NCBI GenBank assembly: GCA_964526345.1
Contig: CAZGKI010000003.1
Span: 94,625 to 158,624, forward strand
Source of the DNA: an uncultured Rikenellaceae bacterium
GTDB lineage: Bacteria > Bacteroidota > Bacteroidia > Bacteroidales > VadinHA17
Length of the DNA stretch: 64,000 nucleotides
Direction: 5' to 3'
A program made the position numbers and the translations under genes. Below are positions 1 to 9,598 of this stretch, piece after piece. Every line of letters starts with the position of its first letter. Position 1 is the first letter of the stretch. Below the pieces are notes generated by a model. It was not told the origin of the DNA, did not search any database, and saw nothing but the letters and a program-made list of their open reading frames with translations.

Positions 1-2178
1 GGTACTCTGAAACCACAAAACGGAAAGGTCCTGATTAACGGCATTGATCTTTATGATGATGAAGAAAAGGAATATCTGAATGGAGTTATCGGATTTGTAC
101 CCCAGGATGATCTTTTACTTGAAGAGCTTACAGTTTTTCAGAATATCTGGTTCAACGCAAGGATGTGCCTTAATAATCTGACGGAAGACAAAATAAAGGA
201 AGCGGTGAACAGAACGCTTATAGATTTTGATCTCGATGAGATCCGCGATCTGAAGGTGGGCAACCCTCTTAAAAAGATTATAAGCGGCGGTCAGAGAAAA
301 AGAGTCAACATTGCACTTGAAGTGCTTCGCGAACCTACAATTTTATTTGTTGATGAACCGACATCCGGACTATCTTCAGTAGATTCTGAAATGGTGATGA
401 GCCTGCTTAAAGAGCTGACATACAAAGGGAAACTGGTAATAGTGAATATCCATCAGCCTTCTTCCGATATCTTCAAAATGTTCGACAGGATCATGATCAT
501 CGATAAGGGCGGATACCAGGTTTTCTATGGCAATCCTACTGAAGCAATTGTTTATTTCAAAGCTCTTACCAATCACGCAAATCCGGAGGAAGATCAGTGT
601 GTGAAATGTGGTAATGTTGATACTGAACAGATTTTGCAAATCATTGAGACAAAGGTAATTGATGAGCATGGTAAACCTACACACATCAGGAAAGTTACTC
701 CTGAAGAATGGGCCGCAAAGTTCAGAGAGAGTTCAGGGAAGTCAGCGAAAAATGAAAGCCTTAAAAAAACTACTCTTCCTGAAAATAATTACAGCATTCC
801 CGGATTATTAAAGCAGGCAAAGATCTTTTTTATTCGTGACTTATTATCAAAATTAGCTGATAAGCAATATATTCTGATAAGTCTCCTGGGACCTCCGCTT
901 CTGGCTTTTCTCCTGGCTTTCTTTACAAAATCCGGTTCCGGAGAGACTTACAGATTCAGCGATAATGAAAATATGCCTGCATATCTGTTTATGTGTGTAA
1001 TAACCTCACTCTTTTTTGGCTTAATGGTAAGCTCAGAAGAGATCGTGAAGGACAGGAAAATCCTGAAAAGGGAGTCGTTTCTTAACCTTAGCTGGTTAAG
1101 TTACCTGAACTCAAAGGTCATGATAATGTTTATCTTTTCGGCAATCCAGACAATATCATTTGTACTGATTGGAAACTATATACTTGAGATAAAGGGAATG
1201 ACCCTTAGCTATTGGCTGGTCCTTTTTACCACTTCATGTTTCGCAAATATTCTCGGACTTAATTTATCTTCAGCTTTTAATTCAGTTATTACGATATATA
1301 TCCTTATACCTTTTATTATAATTCCGCAACTCTTATTCAGCGGAGTAATGGTAAAATTTGACAAGCTTCATTTATCGGCAAACTCTAATCATGAGTTTGT
1401 ACCGGTGATCGGTGATCTCATGGCTGCCCGCTGGTCATTCGAAGCACTTGCTGTCAGACAATTTAAGGATAATGAATACGAGAAACATTTCTTTAAAGCA
1501 AATATGGATGAAAGCCAGGACATCTATTATGCCACGTTCCTGATCAACGATAAATTAATTAACGACTTAAAGGCTTGCATGTATTATAAAGATAGTGTTG
1601 ATTTCAGGGATGAGGTTGGGAAAAGACTCGGAAGATTAAATTATCATATTGAAGAACTTGCAGAGTTGGCACAAGTATATCCCGGACAGTGGAAATCAAA
1701 TTTAAATATTAAAAATTTTAATACTGAAACCGGAAATAAGACTTTGCTTTATCTCGATTCATTGAAAAGACGATTCATAAGTTTGAACAAGGAAGCAACA
1801 ACAAGAACAAATACGATAAGCCAATCTCTGATAAATGCTATCGGGAGGAATCAGCTTGTTATACTCAGAGAAAACTATGAAAATAAAAGGCTTAATTCTC
1901 TTGTACTTGATGAAGAGACGATAAAAAAAATCTTTGAAACACCTGACAGGTTTATTCAAAAATATAACCCTGGTTATATGAAATCCACCTCCAAGGTCGG
2001 GCGTGCGCAATTTTTTGCACCATATAAAAAGCTGGGAAATTTTGAATTTGATACTTACTGGTTTAATCTGGCAGTTTTATGGATTGTTTCAATTATTCTT
2101 TATATTGCCCTGTATTATAACCTCTTAAGAAGACTGATCAATTATTTTGGAACTATTAGGTTTGTAAGATCAGATTAA
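1..2178 (+). CDS. ABC transporter with fused ATP-binding and ABC-2-type permease domains (ABCG-like); 5' end lies outside the window
   Basis: Frame 1 is open from nt 1 (GTLKPQNGKVLINGIDLYDD...) into the 163..2178 ORF. It has the ABC signature/Walker B block ISGGQRKRVNIALEVLREPTILFVDEPTSGLSS and the H-loop IVNIHQPS, followed by several hydrophobic helices. Confidence 0.85.
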   Translation, partial: GTLKPQNGKVLINGIDLYDDEEKEYLNGVIGFVPQDDLLLEELTVFQNIWFNARMCLNNLTEDKIKEAVNRTLIDFDLDEIRDLKVGNPLKKIISGGQRKRVNIALEVLREPTILFVDEPTSGLSSVDSEMVMSLLKELTYKGKLVIVNIHQPSSDIFKMFDRIMIIDKGGYQVFYGNPTEAIVYFKALTNHANPEEDQCVKCGNVDTEQILQIIETKVIDEHGKPTHIRKVTPEEWAAKFRESSGKSAKNESLKKTTLPENNYSIPGLLKQAKIFFIRDLLSKLADKQYILISLLGPPLLAFLLAFFTKSGSGETYRFSDNENMPAYLFMCVITSLFFGLMVSSEEIVKDRKILKRESFLNLSWLSYLNSKVMIMFIFSAIQTISFVLIGNYILEIKGMTLSYWLVLFTTSCFANILGLNLSSAFNSVITIYILIPFIIIPQLLFSGVMVKFDKLHLSANSNHEFVPVIGDLMAARWSFEALAVRQFKDNEYEKHFFKANMDESQDIYYATFLINDKLINDLKACMYYKDSVDFRDEVGKRLGRLNYHIEELAELAQVYPGQWKSNLNIKNFNTETGNKTLLYLDSLKRRFISLNKEATTRTNTISQSLINAIGRNQLVILRENYENKRLNSLVLDEETIKKIFETPDRFIQKYNPGYMKSTSKVGRAQFFAPYKKLGNFEFDTYWFNLAVLWIVSIILYIALYYNLLRRLINYFGTIRFVRSD

Positions 2179-2185
2179 TATTTCA

Positions 2186-2842
2186 TCATTTCAGGATATT
2201 AAAGAAAGTATCAAGATTCAGAATATTCAAATAAAAGACTCCCTGAACCAGGAACCTGACAATTCTTGCTATTCCGAAAAGGAGGAAGTACCTGAATGGA
2301 TATTTTAGCAAGCTTACGGCAATAACTACCATTGAATATGGGGAGAAAGGAAAAAGGGCAGCAATAATAATAAATGCTCCACCCCATTTTCTGACCAATA
2401 TTATATATTTATTCAAAGCACGTTCCGTATATGTTTTGATCTTTGGCCTGTTTGAAAGCCAGTGTCCGATATAATATGAAATTACCCCGCCTGTATATGA
2501 TAGTAGGCCAAGGATAAACAGAAAGAGAAATGGTGACCTGAATTTACCTGTCCAGATTACAAAAAGGTCCGGGGGGATCATGCCAAGGAAGGACTCTGAT
2601 GCCAGGAACAATAAAAGAACAAATCCATCGGACAGATTATCAAAAATATACTGGAAGAAAGGCTCGAAGTTTATATATTTCTTTGCAATCAAAACCAGAG
2701 GCACAATTACCAGGGTGTAAATGATAATTATTTTTAATCCGGCCCACCACATATATCCATAAGTCCCTCTTCTTAAATTTCTGAAGTGGTGCCTTTTCAG
2801 GTAAATCCATAAGTTTCTACGAACAGGAGTTCTTTTTACCAT
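2186..2842 (-). CDS. DedA/YqaA-like (VTT domain) integral membrane protein
   Basis: 218-aa ORF with about 5 hydrophobic helices. The segment ASESFLGMIPPDLFVIWTG resembles the VTT/DedA core. The family assignment is from memory only. Confidence 0.5.
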   Translation of the reverse strand: MVKRTPVRRNLWIYLKRHHFRNLRRGTYGYMWWAGLKIIIIYTLVIVPLVLIAKKYINFEPFFQYIFDNLSDGFVLLLFLASESFLGMIPPDLFVIWTGKFRSPFLFLFILGLLSYTGGVISYYIGHWLSNRPKIKTYTERALNKYIILVRKWGGAFIIIAALFPFSPYSMVVIAVSLLKYPFRYFLLFGIARIVRFLVQGVFYLNILNLDTFFNILK

Positions 2843-2846
2843 AAGG

Positions 2847-4580
2847 TTATTTAAGCCATTTTGCTACAGTCTCAGGACTTAAGCCGGATAAGCCAAGCTT
2901 ATTCTTTTTGTTATATCCGTTAAGATCATTTGCAAGCTTCCCAACTTTCTCTACCTCTTTAAATTTTTCAACCGAATCATATCCAAGGGCAAACAGTGGT
3001 TCCACCCATTCCTCCGGAACACCCAGTTTCATAAATGCCTCCCTGAGCCCTGCGCCCTGTGCCCTGTGCCCTCCCACGGGTTTCATTTGCGGAAAAAACA
3101 GGACATCCTGTATCGAAAGCTGGCCGGTCATCAGCATGGTCAGCCTGTCAATGCCCATACCCATCCCTGATGTGGGCGGCATGCCGTATTCCAGAGCCCT
3201 GACAAAATCCAGGTCTATGAACATGGCTTCATCATCTCCTTTTTCCGACAGTTTCAGCTGATCCTGGAACCGTTCCATCTGGTCGACAGGATCGTTTAGT
3301 TCAGAGTATGCATTGGCAATCTCCTTGCAGTTGATAAAAAGCTCAAATCTCTCTGTCAGACCCGGTTTGCTGCGATGCATCTTTGTGAGCGGCGATGTTT
3401 CTGTCGGATAATCAATTATAAATGTCGGCTGGACAAGTGTATGTTCACATTTTTCACTGAAGATGGCATCGATAAGCTTGCCTTTTCCCATAGTAGGATC
3501 ATGCTCAATACCAAGCCTGTTGCATTCTTCCCTGAGCTTTTGCTCATCCATTCCAGAGATATCAAGTCCGGTATTTTCCTTAATTGAATCAAGCATGCTT
3601 ATCCTTTTGTAAGGCGGTTTCAGGTTGATCGTTTTATTGTCAAAGATTATTTCCATCTTCCCATGAAGAGCCATTACAACCCTGCTGACTATCTCTTCAG
3701 TGAAAGTCATCATCCAGTTGTAATCTTTGTAAGCGATATAGATCTCCATAACAGTGAATTCTGGATTATGAGTCCTGTCCATTCCTTCATTACGGAAGTC
3801 CTTTGAGAACTCATAAACACCTTCATATCCGCCGACAATGAGTCGTTTAAGATACAACTCGTTGGCAATTCTCAGGTATAGAGGCATATCCAGGGTATTG
3901 TGGTGTGTTATAAACGGCCTGGCAGTGGCGCCTCCCGGAATAGGTTGCAATATCGGAGTCTCAACTTCCAGGTAACCCCGTGAATTGAAAAGCTCACGCA
4001 TTGTCTGGATTATCTGTGTCCTTTTACGGAATACATCCCTTACTTGCGGATTAACGATCAGGTCAACATAACGCTGACGATAGCGCATCTCAGGATCAGT
4101 TACAGCATCATAAAGGACACCATCCTTCTCTTTTACTATCGGCAGAGGCCGGATTGATTTACAAAGTATTGTGAATTCCTTTACATGAACAGTTATCTCT
4201 CCCATCTGTGTCCTGAAAACAAATCCTTTAACTCCTATGATATCACCAATATCGAGCAGATGCTTAAATACAGTATTATATAATGTCTTATCATCTCCCG
4301 GGCAAACATCATCGCGGCGAATGTAAATCTGTATCCTTCCTGAAGAGTCCATCAGTTCGGCGAAAGAAGCATTACCCATTATCCTCCTGCTCATAATCCT
4401 TCCGGCCAGGCTGACATCCTGAAAATTATTTTTTTCAGCGGAATAATTATTGTGAATATCGACTGCAAAGACGTTGGTCTTATATTCAGCGGCAGGGTAT
4501 GGATTTATGCCCAGTTTCCTTAATTCATCAAGAGTCTCTCTTCTTATTTGTTCCTGTTCACTTAATATCTGGTTGCTCAT
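2847..4580 (-). CDS. lysS: Lysine--tRNA ligase (class II) with a ~76-aa C-terminal extension
   Basis: 577 aa. It has an OB anticodon-binding N-domain and class II core motifs ([35 protein letters not shown]). The core ends at ...VLFFPQMKP and is followed by extra residues. Confidence 0.93.
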   Translation of the reverse strand: MSNQILSEQEQIRRETLDELRKLGINPYPAAEYKTNVFAVDIHNNYSAEKNNFQDVSLAGRIMSRRIMGNASFAELMDSSGRIQIYIRRDDVCPGDDKTLYNTVFKHLLDIGDIIGVKGFVFRTQMGEITVHVKEFTILCKSIRPLPIVKEKDGVLYDAVTDPEMRYRQRYVDLIVNPQVRDVFRKRTQIIQTMRELFNSRGYLEVETPILQPIPGGATARPFITHHNTLDMPLYLRIANELYLKRLIVGGYEGVYEFSKDFRNEGMDRTHNPEFTVMEIYIAYKDYNWMMTFTEEIVSRVVMALHGKMEIIFDNKTINLKPPYKRISMLDSIKENTGLDISGMDEQKLREECNRLGIEHDPTMGKGKLIDAIFSEKCEHTLVQPTFIIDYPTETSPLTKMHRSKPGLTERFELFINCKEIANAYSELNDPVDQMERFQDQLKLSEKGDDEAMFIDLDFVRALEYGMPPTSGMGMGIDRLTMLMTGQLSIQDVLFFPQMKPVGGHRAQGAGLREAFMKLGVPEEWVEPLFALGYDSVEKFKEVEKVGKLANDLNGYNKKNKLGLSGLSPETVAKWLK

Positions 4581-4599
4581 AGTGTATCTGAAATTTGTG

Positions 4600-4607
4600 C
4601 AAATATA
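4600..4607 (-). promoter_or_regulatory. Candidate Bacteroidota -7 promoter box (TATATTTG) for lysS
   Basis: Exact match to TAnnTTTG on the minus strand, 19 nt upstream of the lysS ATG. Confidence 0.4.
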
Positions 4608-4637
4608 GAAAAATTAAGAGTTCAGGTAAACTAAGAA

Positions 4638-5489
4638 TCAGCCTTTTAATGCCCCTGTTTCATCCCGGAACTTCTCAAGGATCTGCCTGGTTATTGGTCC
4701 CGGGACACCGTCTCCAATCATATTTCCACCTATTTCAGTTACAGGTGCAACCTCTGCGGATGTATTTGTAATGAAAGCTTCCTGTGTAAACCGGAGCCTG
4801 TTCTCAGGAATTGCTTCTTCTTTTATATTAATTCTGCATTCATGAGCTATTCGCAGAATATTTTTACGGGTGATTCCGGAGAGAATATAATTCGATTCCG
4901 GATGTGTATAAAGCGATCCATCACTCACAAAGAAGATATTTGAGTGGGATCCTTCAGTAATGAATCCGTTACGGACGAAAATACATTCCTTCAGACCGTT
5001 CTCCTTTGCCTCCTGGAAGCTGATGGTATTTGCCAGGAGAGATACAGATTTAATATCGCACCTGCTCCATCTTATATCCTCTTTTAGCATGACTTTGATC
5101 CCTGTTTCCTGGGATTCTCTGTCGGGTGTGAAACTAAAAGGATAAGCATAAGCCGTTGGGGCGGCCTCTGGTGAAGGGAAGTGATGCGTTCGTCTGGCAG
5201 CTCCCCTGGTAATTTGAATATATACCATAGCAGGCTGCTTCTCAAGTCCGTTCCTCTTAATCAGATCATTGGCAATTGAAGGGATCATATCGGCATCAGC
5301 CCAGTTAATACGTAATTCCCTTAAACTTCGTTTCAGTCTTATAAGATGACTCTCCATGTCGTAGAAAGATCCTTCATACCATCTCACTACTTCATAAATA
5401 CCGTCGGAAAAGATGAAGCCACGGTCGTCGGGACTGATGCTGATCTCTTCTTGAGGCAGGAATTTCCCGTTGAAATATGCTGTTTCCAT
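4638..5489 (-). CDS. dat: D-amino-acid (D-alanine) aminotransferase, class IV
   Basis: 283 aa. It is colinear with Bacillus Dat as I remember it (RGFIFSDGIYEVV, EDIRWSRCDIKSVSLL, ITEGSHSNIFFV, GITRKNIL). Confidence 0.85.
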   Translation of the reverse strand: METAYFNGKFLPQEEISISPDDRGFIFSDGIYEVVRWYEGSFYDMESHLIRLKRSLRELRINWADADMIPSIANDLIKRNGLEKQPAMVYIQITRGAARRTHHFPSPEAAPTAYAYPFSFTPDRESQETGIKVMLKEDIRWSRCDIKSVSLLANTISFQEAKENGLKECIFVRNGFITEGSHSNIFFVSDGSLYTHPESNYILSGITRKNILRIAHECRINIKEEAIPENRLRFTQEAFITNTSAEVAPVTEIGGNMIGDGVPGPITRQILEKFRDETGALKG

Positions 5490-5533
5490 AAGTACATGAT
5501 AGTTAAGTCTTTAAAATATAATCTGCCCCCAAT

Positions 5534-5594
5534 CCCTCTGAAGGGGGGCTAATTCAGTGCAGTATCTAGCCCCCCTTCAGGGGGGAACGGGGGG
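5534..5594. repeat. Inverted pair of a C6-TTCA-G6 mini-hairpin repeat unit (ACTGAATTAGCCCCCCTTCAGRGGG family)
   Basis: CTGAAGGGGGGCT (5538-5550) is the perfect reverse complement of AGCCCCCCTTCAG (5568-5580), with a 17-nt spacer. The same unit recurs at 16681-16765. Confidence 0.85.
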
Positions 5595-7002
5595 TTGGTT
5601 CTATGATTTCTGTTTTATAATCAATTCCAGCCCTCGCATCTTCAGGGGAAGCTGCATTACCACATGCTGCCTGTACAAAAAGAGAAGCTCCCAGCACTGT
5701 CGTTTCTTTCTGGTCAATCACTTTTATCGGCACTCCCGTATATGCAGCTCTCAGCCTGTTCCACAACCTGTTTTTTGATCCGCCTCCGACACATACTATA
5801 CTATCGGTTTTAAAACCTCCTGCTGACTCGAGCGCATTCTTTCCTTCAATAAGCCTTTCAGAAAGAGCCTCCAGCATTGCGCGATAAATCTCATCACGAG
5901 TCGATTCCATTGTCAGTCCGAGTATCTGACCTCCGGGTTTCCCCTTCAGCTCTTCATAGAACTTAGGTACTATCTTAATTCCATTTGAACCGGCTGGTAC
6001 TTTCTCCGCACCTGCGATCATTTTCTCATAAACATTTTCTTTAATATCATTGTAAAGGTTTCTCCTGGCCCATTCAAGTATACCTGAGGCAATCCATTGA
6101 TTACCGATATTATACAGTCCGGGACGGGCGTCAAGCTCCGTGGTTATTGACATATCCAGCTGCTCTTTTCCTGATTTACAGGCTTCAGACCTTACCATCA
6201 GGATTTCCCATGTTCCAGAGCTGAGCACCGGCTGATTTTTTTCAGCTCCCGATCCGAATATTGCAAACTGCGTATCGTGTCCGGTGGCAACAACAGGAAT
6301 ACCTGAAGGTAAACCAGTGACCTTTGAAGCTTCGGTTGTAACTTTTCCCGTCACAGTCCCTGCTTCCACTGTATCTCCAAGCTTTTCAGCAGGGAATCCG
6401 GTTTTCCCGAGAATATTATCTGAAAACTTTCGTGAGGAAAGACTTGTCACCATTGAGGTCCCTGCCATTGTTGTATCATTGACCATCTCACCTGTAAGAA
6501 AGAAGGAGAAAATTGACGGCATAAACAAGAACCTGTAACTTTTATCGATAATATCCGGCTTTTGTTCAACAAACCAGATGAGCTTGTTAATTGTATTGAA
6601 AGTAAACGGAAGAACGCCGCATTCTTTATACAGATCGGCCAGAGGGATGTATTTTCCTATATTTGCCATTATCGGGCTGGTCCTTTCACACTGCCATGAA
6701 ATGACCGGATATAGCATCTTCCCTGTTTTGTTAAAGAGTGTTCCATCAACACCGAATGTGGTTACAGTAACTCCCGCAATTTCATTTTTATTGATGTTCC
6801 CAGTAACTTTCAGCGAGGTCTGACACATTTTTCCCCAGATCTCGTCAACATCCCAGATCCTGTAAGAAGGATAGAAGGGATCCGGTTTGGTATTATTAGG
6901 CAGCGATTCTGAAGCAAGAATTATTCCCTTGCTGTTAATGGCAATAACCCTGACGTTTGTCGCACCGCAGTCAAAAACAATTACAATATCTCCTCCCGGC
7001 AT
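5566..7002 (-). CDS. fucK: L-fuculokinase (FGGY carbohydrate kinase)
   Basis: 478 aa. The N-terminus IVFDCGATNVRVIAIN resembles E. coli FucK LVLDCGATNVRAIAVN. It lies in a cluster with fucI. Its last ~9 codons and stop lie inside the repeat at 5566-5594. Confidence 0.8.
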   Translation of the reverse strand: MPGGDIVIVFDCGATNVRVIAINSKGIILASESLPNNTKPDPFYPSYRIWDVDEIWGKMCQTSLKVTGNINKNEIAGVTVTTFGVDGTLFNKTGKMLYPVISWQCERTSPIMANIGKYIPLADLYKECGVLPFTFNTINKLIWFVEQKPDIIDKSYRFLFMPSIFSFFLTGEMVNDTTMAGTSMVTSLSSRKFSDNILGKTGFPAEKLGDTVEAGTVTGKVTTEASKVTGLPSGIPVVATGHDTQFAIFGSGAEKNQPVLSSGTWEILMVRSEACKSGKEQLDMSITTELDARPGLYNIGNQWIASGILEWARRNLYNDIKENVYEKMIAGAEKVPAGSNGIKIVPKFYEELKGKPGGQILGLTMESTRDEIYRAMLEALSERLIEGKNALESAGGFKTDSIVCVGGGSKNRLWNRLRAAYTGVPIKVIDQKETTVLGASLFVQAACGNAASPEDARAGIDYKTEIIEPTPRSPLKGG

Positions 7003-7027
7003 AAAATAAATTTGGATTAACTAAAAA

Positions 7028-7100
7028 CCGAACCACGGTGTCGCCTTCGGCAGCTATAAGCTTGACGATGGCTGCACAGAATTGACACGCTGTAACACTG
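7028..7100. repeat. Degenerate copy of the CACAGAG-heptamer/hairpin element
   Basis: The stretch AACCACGGTG ... GCAGC-N16-GCTGC ... CACAGAA-ttga-CACGCTG-taa-CACTG matches the family. CTGCCGAAGGCGA (reverse complement of 7041-7053) resembles the TCTGCCGAAG hairpin arm at 37933. Confidence 0.5.
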
Positions 7101-7116
7101 TTTAATAAAAGATTTA

Positions 7117-7560
7117 TCACATACCTTTTAAAGCCACTGAGACTCCTGCTATTGCAAATGCAACAATATAAATAATAAGCATGACAATTATTAAAATACC
7201 GATATAGACAAAATAGGCCTTCATGTTCTTCAGCGCTTTATGAAGTTCACGGCTGTCCAGAGTTTTTACTGCATTGGCGGAATGTTTTGAATATCGGAAA
7301 AGGAAAAAAACAGGGAATAAATAGATAGCCCCTGCCAGTATGATCATGATAAAAAATGACCATTCAGGGAATCCTGCCAAAGCATCTGAAGTATTAAATA
7401 TTGTCAGAAAAACTCCTGCAAATAACCCAAATATAATGGCCAGGCTGATACCTATAAAACCAATAATGGCAAGGAACATGGTCCATTTTCGGGTTGTATT
7501 AATATCCCTTAGGGTATCTTCCCCGATCTCAATTTTCCTGGAATCAGGATTATTTTCCAT
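7117..7560 (-). CDS. Small integral membrane protein (about 4 TM), unknown function, between fucI and fucK
   Basis: 147-aa ORF with four clear hydrophobic helices. It fills the gap between fucI and fucK on the same strand. Confidence 0.6.
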   Translation of the reverse strand: MENNPDSRKIEIGEDTLRDINTTRKWTMFLAIIGFIGISLAIIFGLFAGVFLTIFNTSDALAGFPEWSFFIMIILAGAIYLFPVFFLFRYSKHSANAVKTLDSRELHKALKNMKAYFVYIGILIIVMLIIYIVAFAIAGVSVALKGM

Positions 7561-7582
7561 CGTATTTTAATTAATCCTTTAA

Positions 7583-9385
7583 TTATTTATAAAGTGCACC
7601 ATAAGTCTGACATGCCCTGTAATCGGATCCTTCCTTATCCATTCCGAAGGCATTCCACGAGCTTGGTCTGAAGATCTTATCCTCCGGTACATTATGCATA
7701 CATACAGGTATCCTCAGCAAAGAGGCAAGGGAGATAAGATCAGCTCCTATATGTCCGTAGCTGGAGGCAGAGTGGTTGGCTCCCCAGTTGGCCATCACGG
7801 AATATACATCTGTAAAGGCACCTTTACCGGTAAGTCTTGGAGCAAACCAGGTTGTAGGCCAGGTTGGATTGGTCCTGTCAGTCAGTATCTTATTCATTTT
7901 TTCAGGAAGCTCAACAGTAAATCCTTCTGCAAGCTGAAGGACAGGGCCAAGGCCTTTAACAAGGTTGACCCTGGAAATGGTTACAGGCATTTCACCTTTG
8001 GTATCAAACTGGGATGAGAATCCTCCGCCTCTGAAGTATCCGCTGTCTGCCGGAGGCCAGTCTGTGGCTTTAAGGCAGGCAGCTGCATCTTTTGAAGTTA
8101 TCTCCCAGAAAGGTTTGATACAGGCTTCGCCCTTAGTTGTCTGACGTCCTGAAAAATCGAGAGCAGAGGCCCCTGAATTGATCAGGTGAATTATTCCATT
8201 TGCCGCCAGCCCGGAAGGTTTGATTTTTGTAACTCTTTTAATTGCTTCCGGACTCCAGTAAGTCCTTATATCAGAAAACATCTGTGCTGTATTTGTCAGC
8301 AGATAACCAAACAGCATTGGGACGCCGTTCATGGCATCGTTCTCAGTGGCAACGAGATATGGAGGTCTGATGCCGTTCCAGTCGAACGAGGAACAGAGCA
8401 TTGCTTCAAGGAAATCACCGTTAGGCATATGGTCTGTCCACTGACGTTGTCCCTGGAAACCTGCAAGAATAGCATTATGACCCAGAGATTCTTCACCGAA
8501 ACCAAGCTTTTTAAGCTTCGGGCTTCCAACCATGAGGTCGCGAGCAATTATTGTCATTTTGACTACAATCTCCCACTCTTCATCTTTACGTGCCCTGGAT
8601 TTTGGTTTTGAATTGATGTCTTTTCCTTCAATACAGTTCTTTCTTGTCCATGCAAGAGCTTTTTTGAATTCTTCCTTATCAAATATTCCTTCGTTCAATC
8701 TCCTGTTGAACTCGCTCATGTCGATATATTCATTGCGCATCCCGAGATATTCCTGAAAAAAATCTTCCCTGACGATCGACCCGGCAATACCCATTGAAAC
8801 AGAACCCATTGACAGGTACGATTTTCCTTTCATAAAAGCAACGGCAAGACCGGAACGGACAAACCTGAGTATCTTTTCACTTACATCATCAGGGATAGTC
8901 TGATCGCCTGAATCCTGAACATCACGTCCGTAAATGCTGAAAGCAGGCAGTCCTTTCATTGTATGCCCGGCGAGTGCAGCTGCAAGGTATACCGCACCGG
9001 GACGCTCTGTACCATTGAAACCCCAGATTGCCTTTGGCATTTCATTATCCATATCTATTGTCTCGCTGCCGTAGCACCAGCAGGGAGTAACCGTAAGACT
9101 CACCCCGACTCCTGTTTTCCTGAATTTCCCGGCACATGAAGCAGCTTCCGCAACACCGCCGATTGTGGAATCGGCAATTACACATTCAACCGGCTTCCCG
9201 TTCGGATATTTAAGATGTCTGCTGATGAGATTCGCTGCAAGCTTTGCCATACCCATGGTCTGTTTTTCAAGAGACTCCCTCACTCCACGTTCACGACCAT
9301 CAATAGTCGGACGTATACCTACTTTAGGATATTCACCAATAACTCTCTGATAGCTATGATTTACTTTCAATTCATTATTTGCCAT
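7583..9385 (-). CDS. fucI: L-fucose isomerase
   Basis: 600 aa. It is colinear with E. coli FucI ([74 protein letters not shown]). Confidence 0.95.
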   Translation of the reverse strand: MANNELKVNHSYQRVIGEYPKVGIRPTIDGRERGVRESLEKQTMGMAKLAANLISRHLKYPNGKPVECVIADSTIGGVAEAASCAGKFRKTGVGVSLTVTPCWCYGSETIDMDNEMPKAIWGFNGTERPGAVYLAAALAGHTMKGLPAFSIYGRDVQDSGDQTIPDDVSEKILRFVRSGLAVAFMKGKSYLSMGSVSMGIAGSIVREDFFQEYLGMRNEYIDMSEFNRRLNEGIFDKEEFKKALAWTRKNCIEGKDINSKPKSRARKDEEWEIVVKMTIIARDLMVGSPKLKKLGFGEESLGHNAILAGFQGQRQWTDHMPNGDFLEAMLCSSFDWNGIRPPYLVATENDAMNGVPMLFGYLLTNTAQMFSDIRTYWSPEAIKRVTKIKPSGLAANGIIHLINSGASALDFSGRQTTKGEACIKPFWEITSKDAAACLKATDWPPADSGYFRGGGFSSQFDTKGEMPVTISRVNLVKGLGPVLQLAEGFTVELPEKMNKILTDRTNPTWPTTWFAPRLTGKGAFTDVYSVMANWGANHSASSYGHIGADLISLASLLRIPVCMHNVPEDKIFRPSSWNAFGMDKEGSDYRACQTYGALYK

Positions 9386-9424
9386 ATTATATATATTAGA
9401 AAAACACTATGTTTTGGGGCCAAA

Positions 9425-9432
9425 CAAATATA
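9425..9432 (-). promoter_or_regulatory. Candidate -7 box (TATATTTG) for fucI
   Basis: Exact TAnnTTTG on the minus strand, 39 nt upstream of the fucI ATG. Confidence 0.4.
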
Positions 9433-9457
9433 GTGATTTATTTTCCTCCCTGAGAAT

Positions 9458-9564
9458 CTCTGTGAATCTCTGTGACTTCTCTGTGGTCCTCAGTGCAAGT
9501 TCTTACACCGAGAGCCACAAAGTAAACACAACTTGTCCCGATCTATCGGGAGAGAACCACGGAG
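9458..9564. repeat. CACAGAG-family element: four phased CTCTGTG units, linker, two degenerate units, hairpin, terminal unit
   Basis: CTCTGTG occurs at 9458, 9468 and 9479, and CTCAGTG at 9489 (spacing 10-11-10). Next come the linker CAAGTTCTTA, then CACCGAGAG/CCACAAAG, then the hairpin TCCCGA-tcta-TCGGGA (9536-9551), then CCACGGAG. Confidence 0.9.
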
Positions 9565-9570
9565 TTTTAT

Positions 9571-9578
9571 TACCTTTG
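9571..9578 (+). promoter_or_regulatory. Candidate -7 box (TACCTTTG) for lipA
   Basis: Exact TAnnTTTG, 20 nt upstream of the lipA ATG. Confidence 0.4.
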
Positions 9579-9598
9579 TCATTCATTAGAAAAATATA

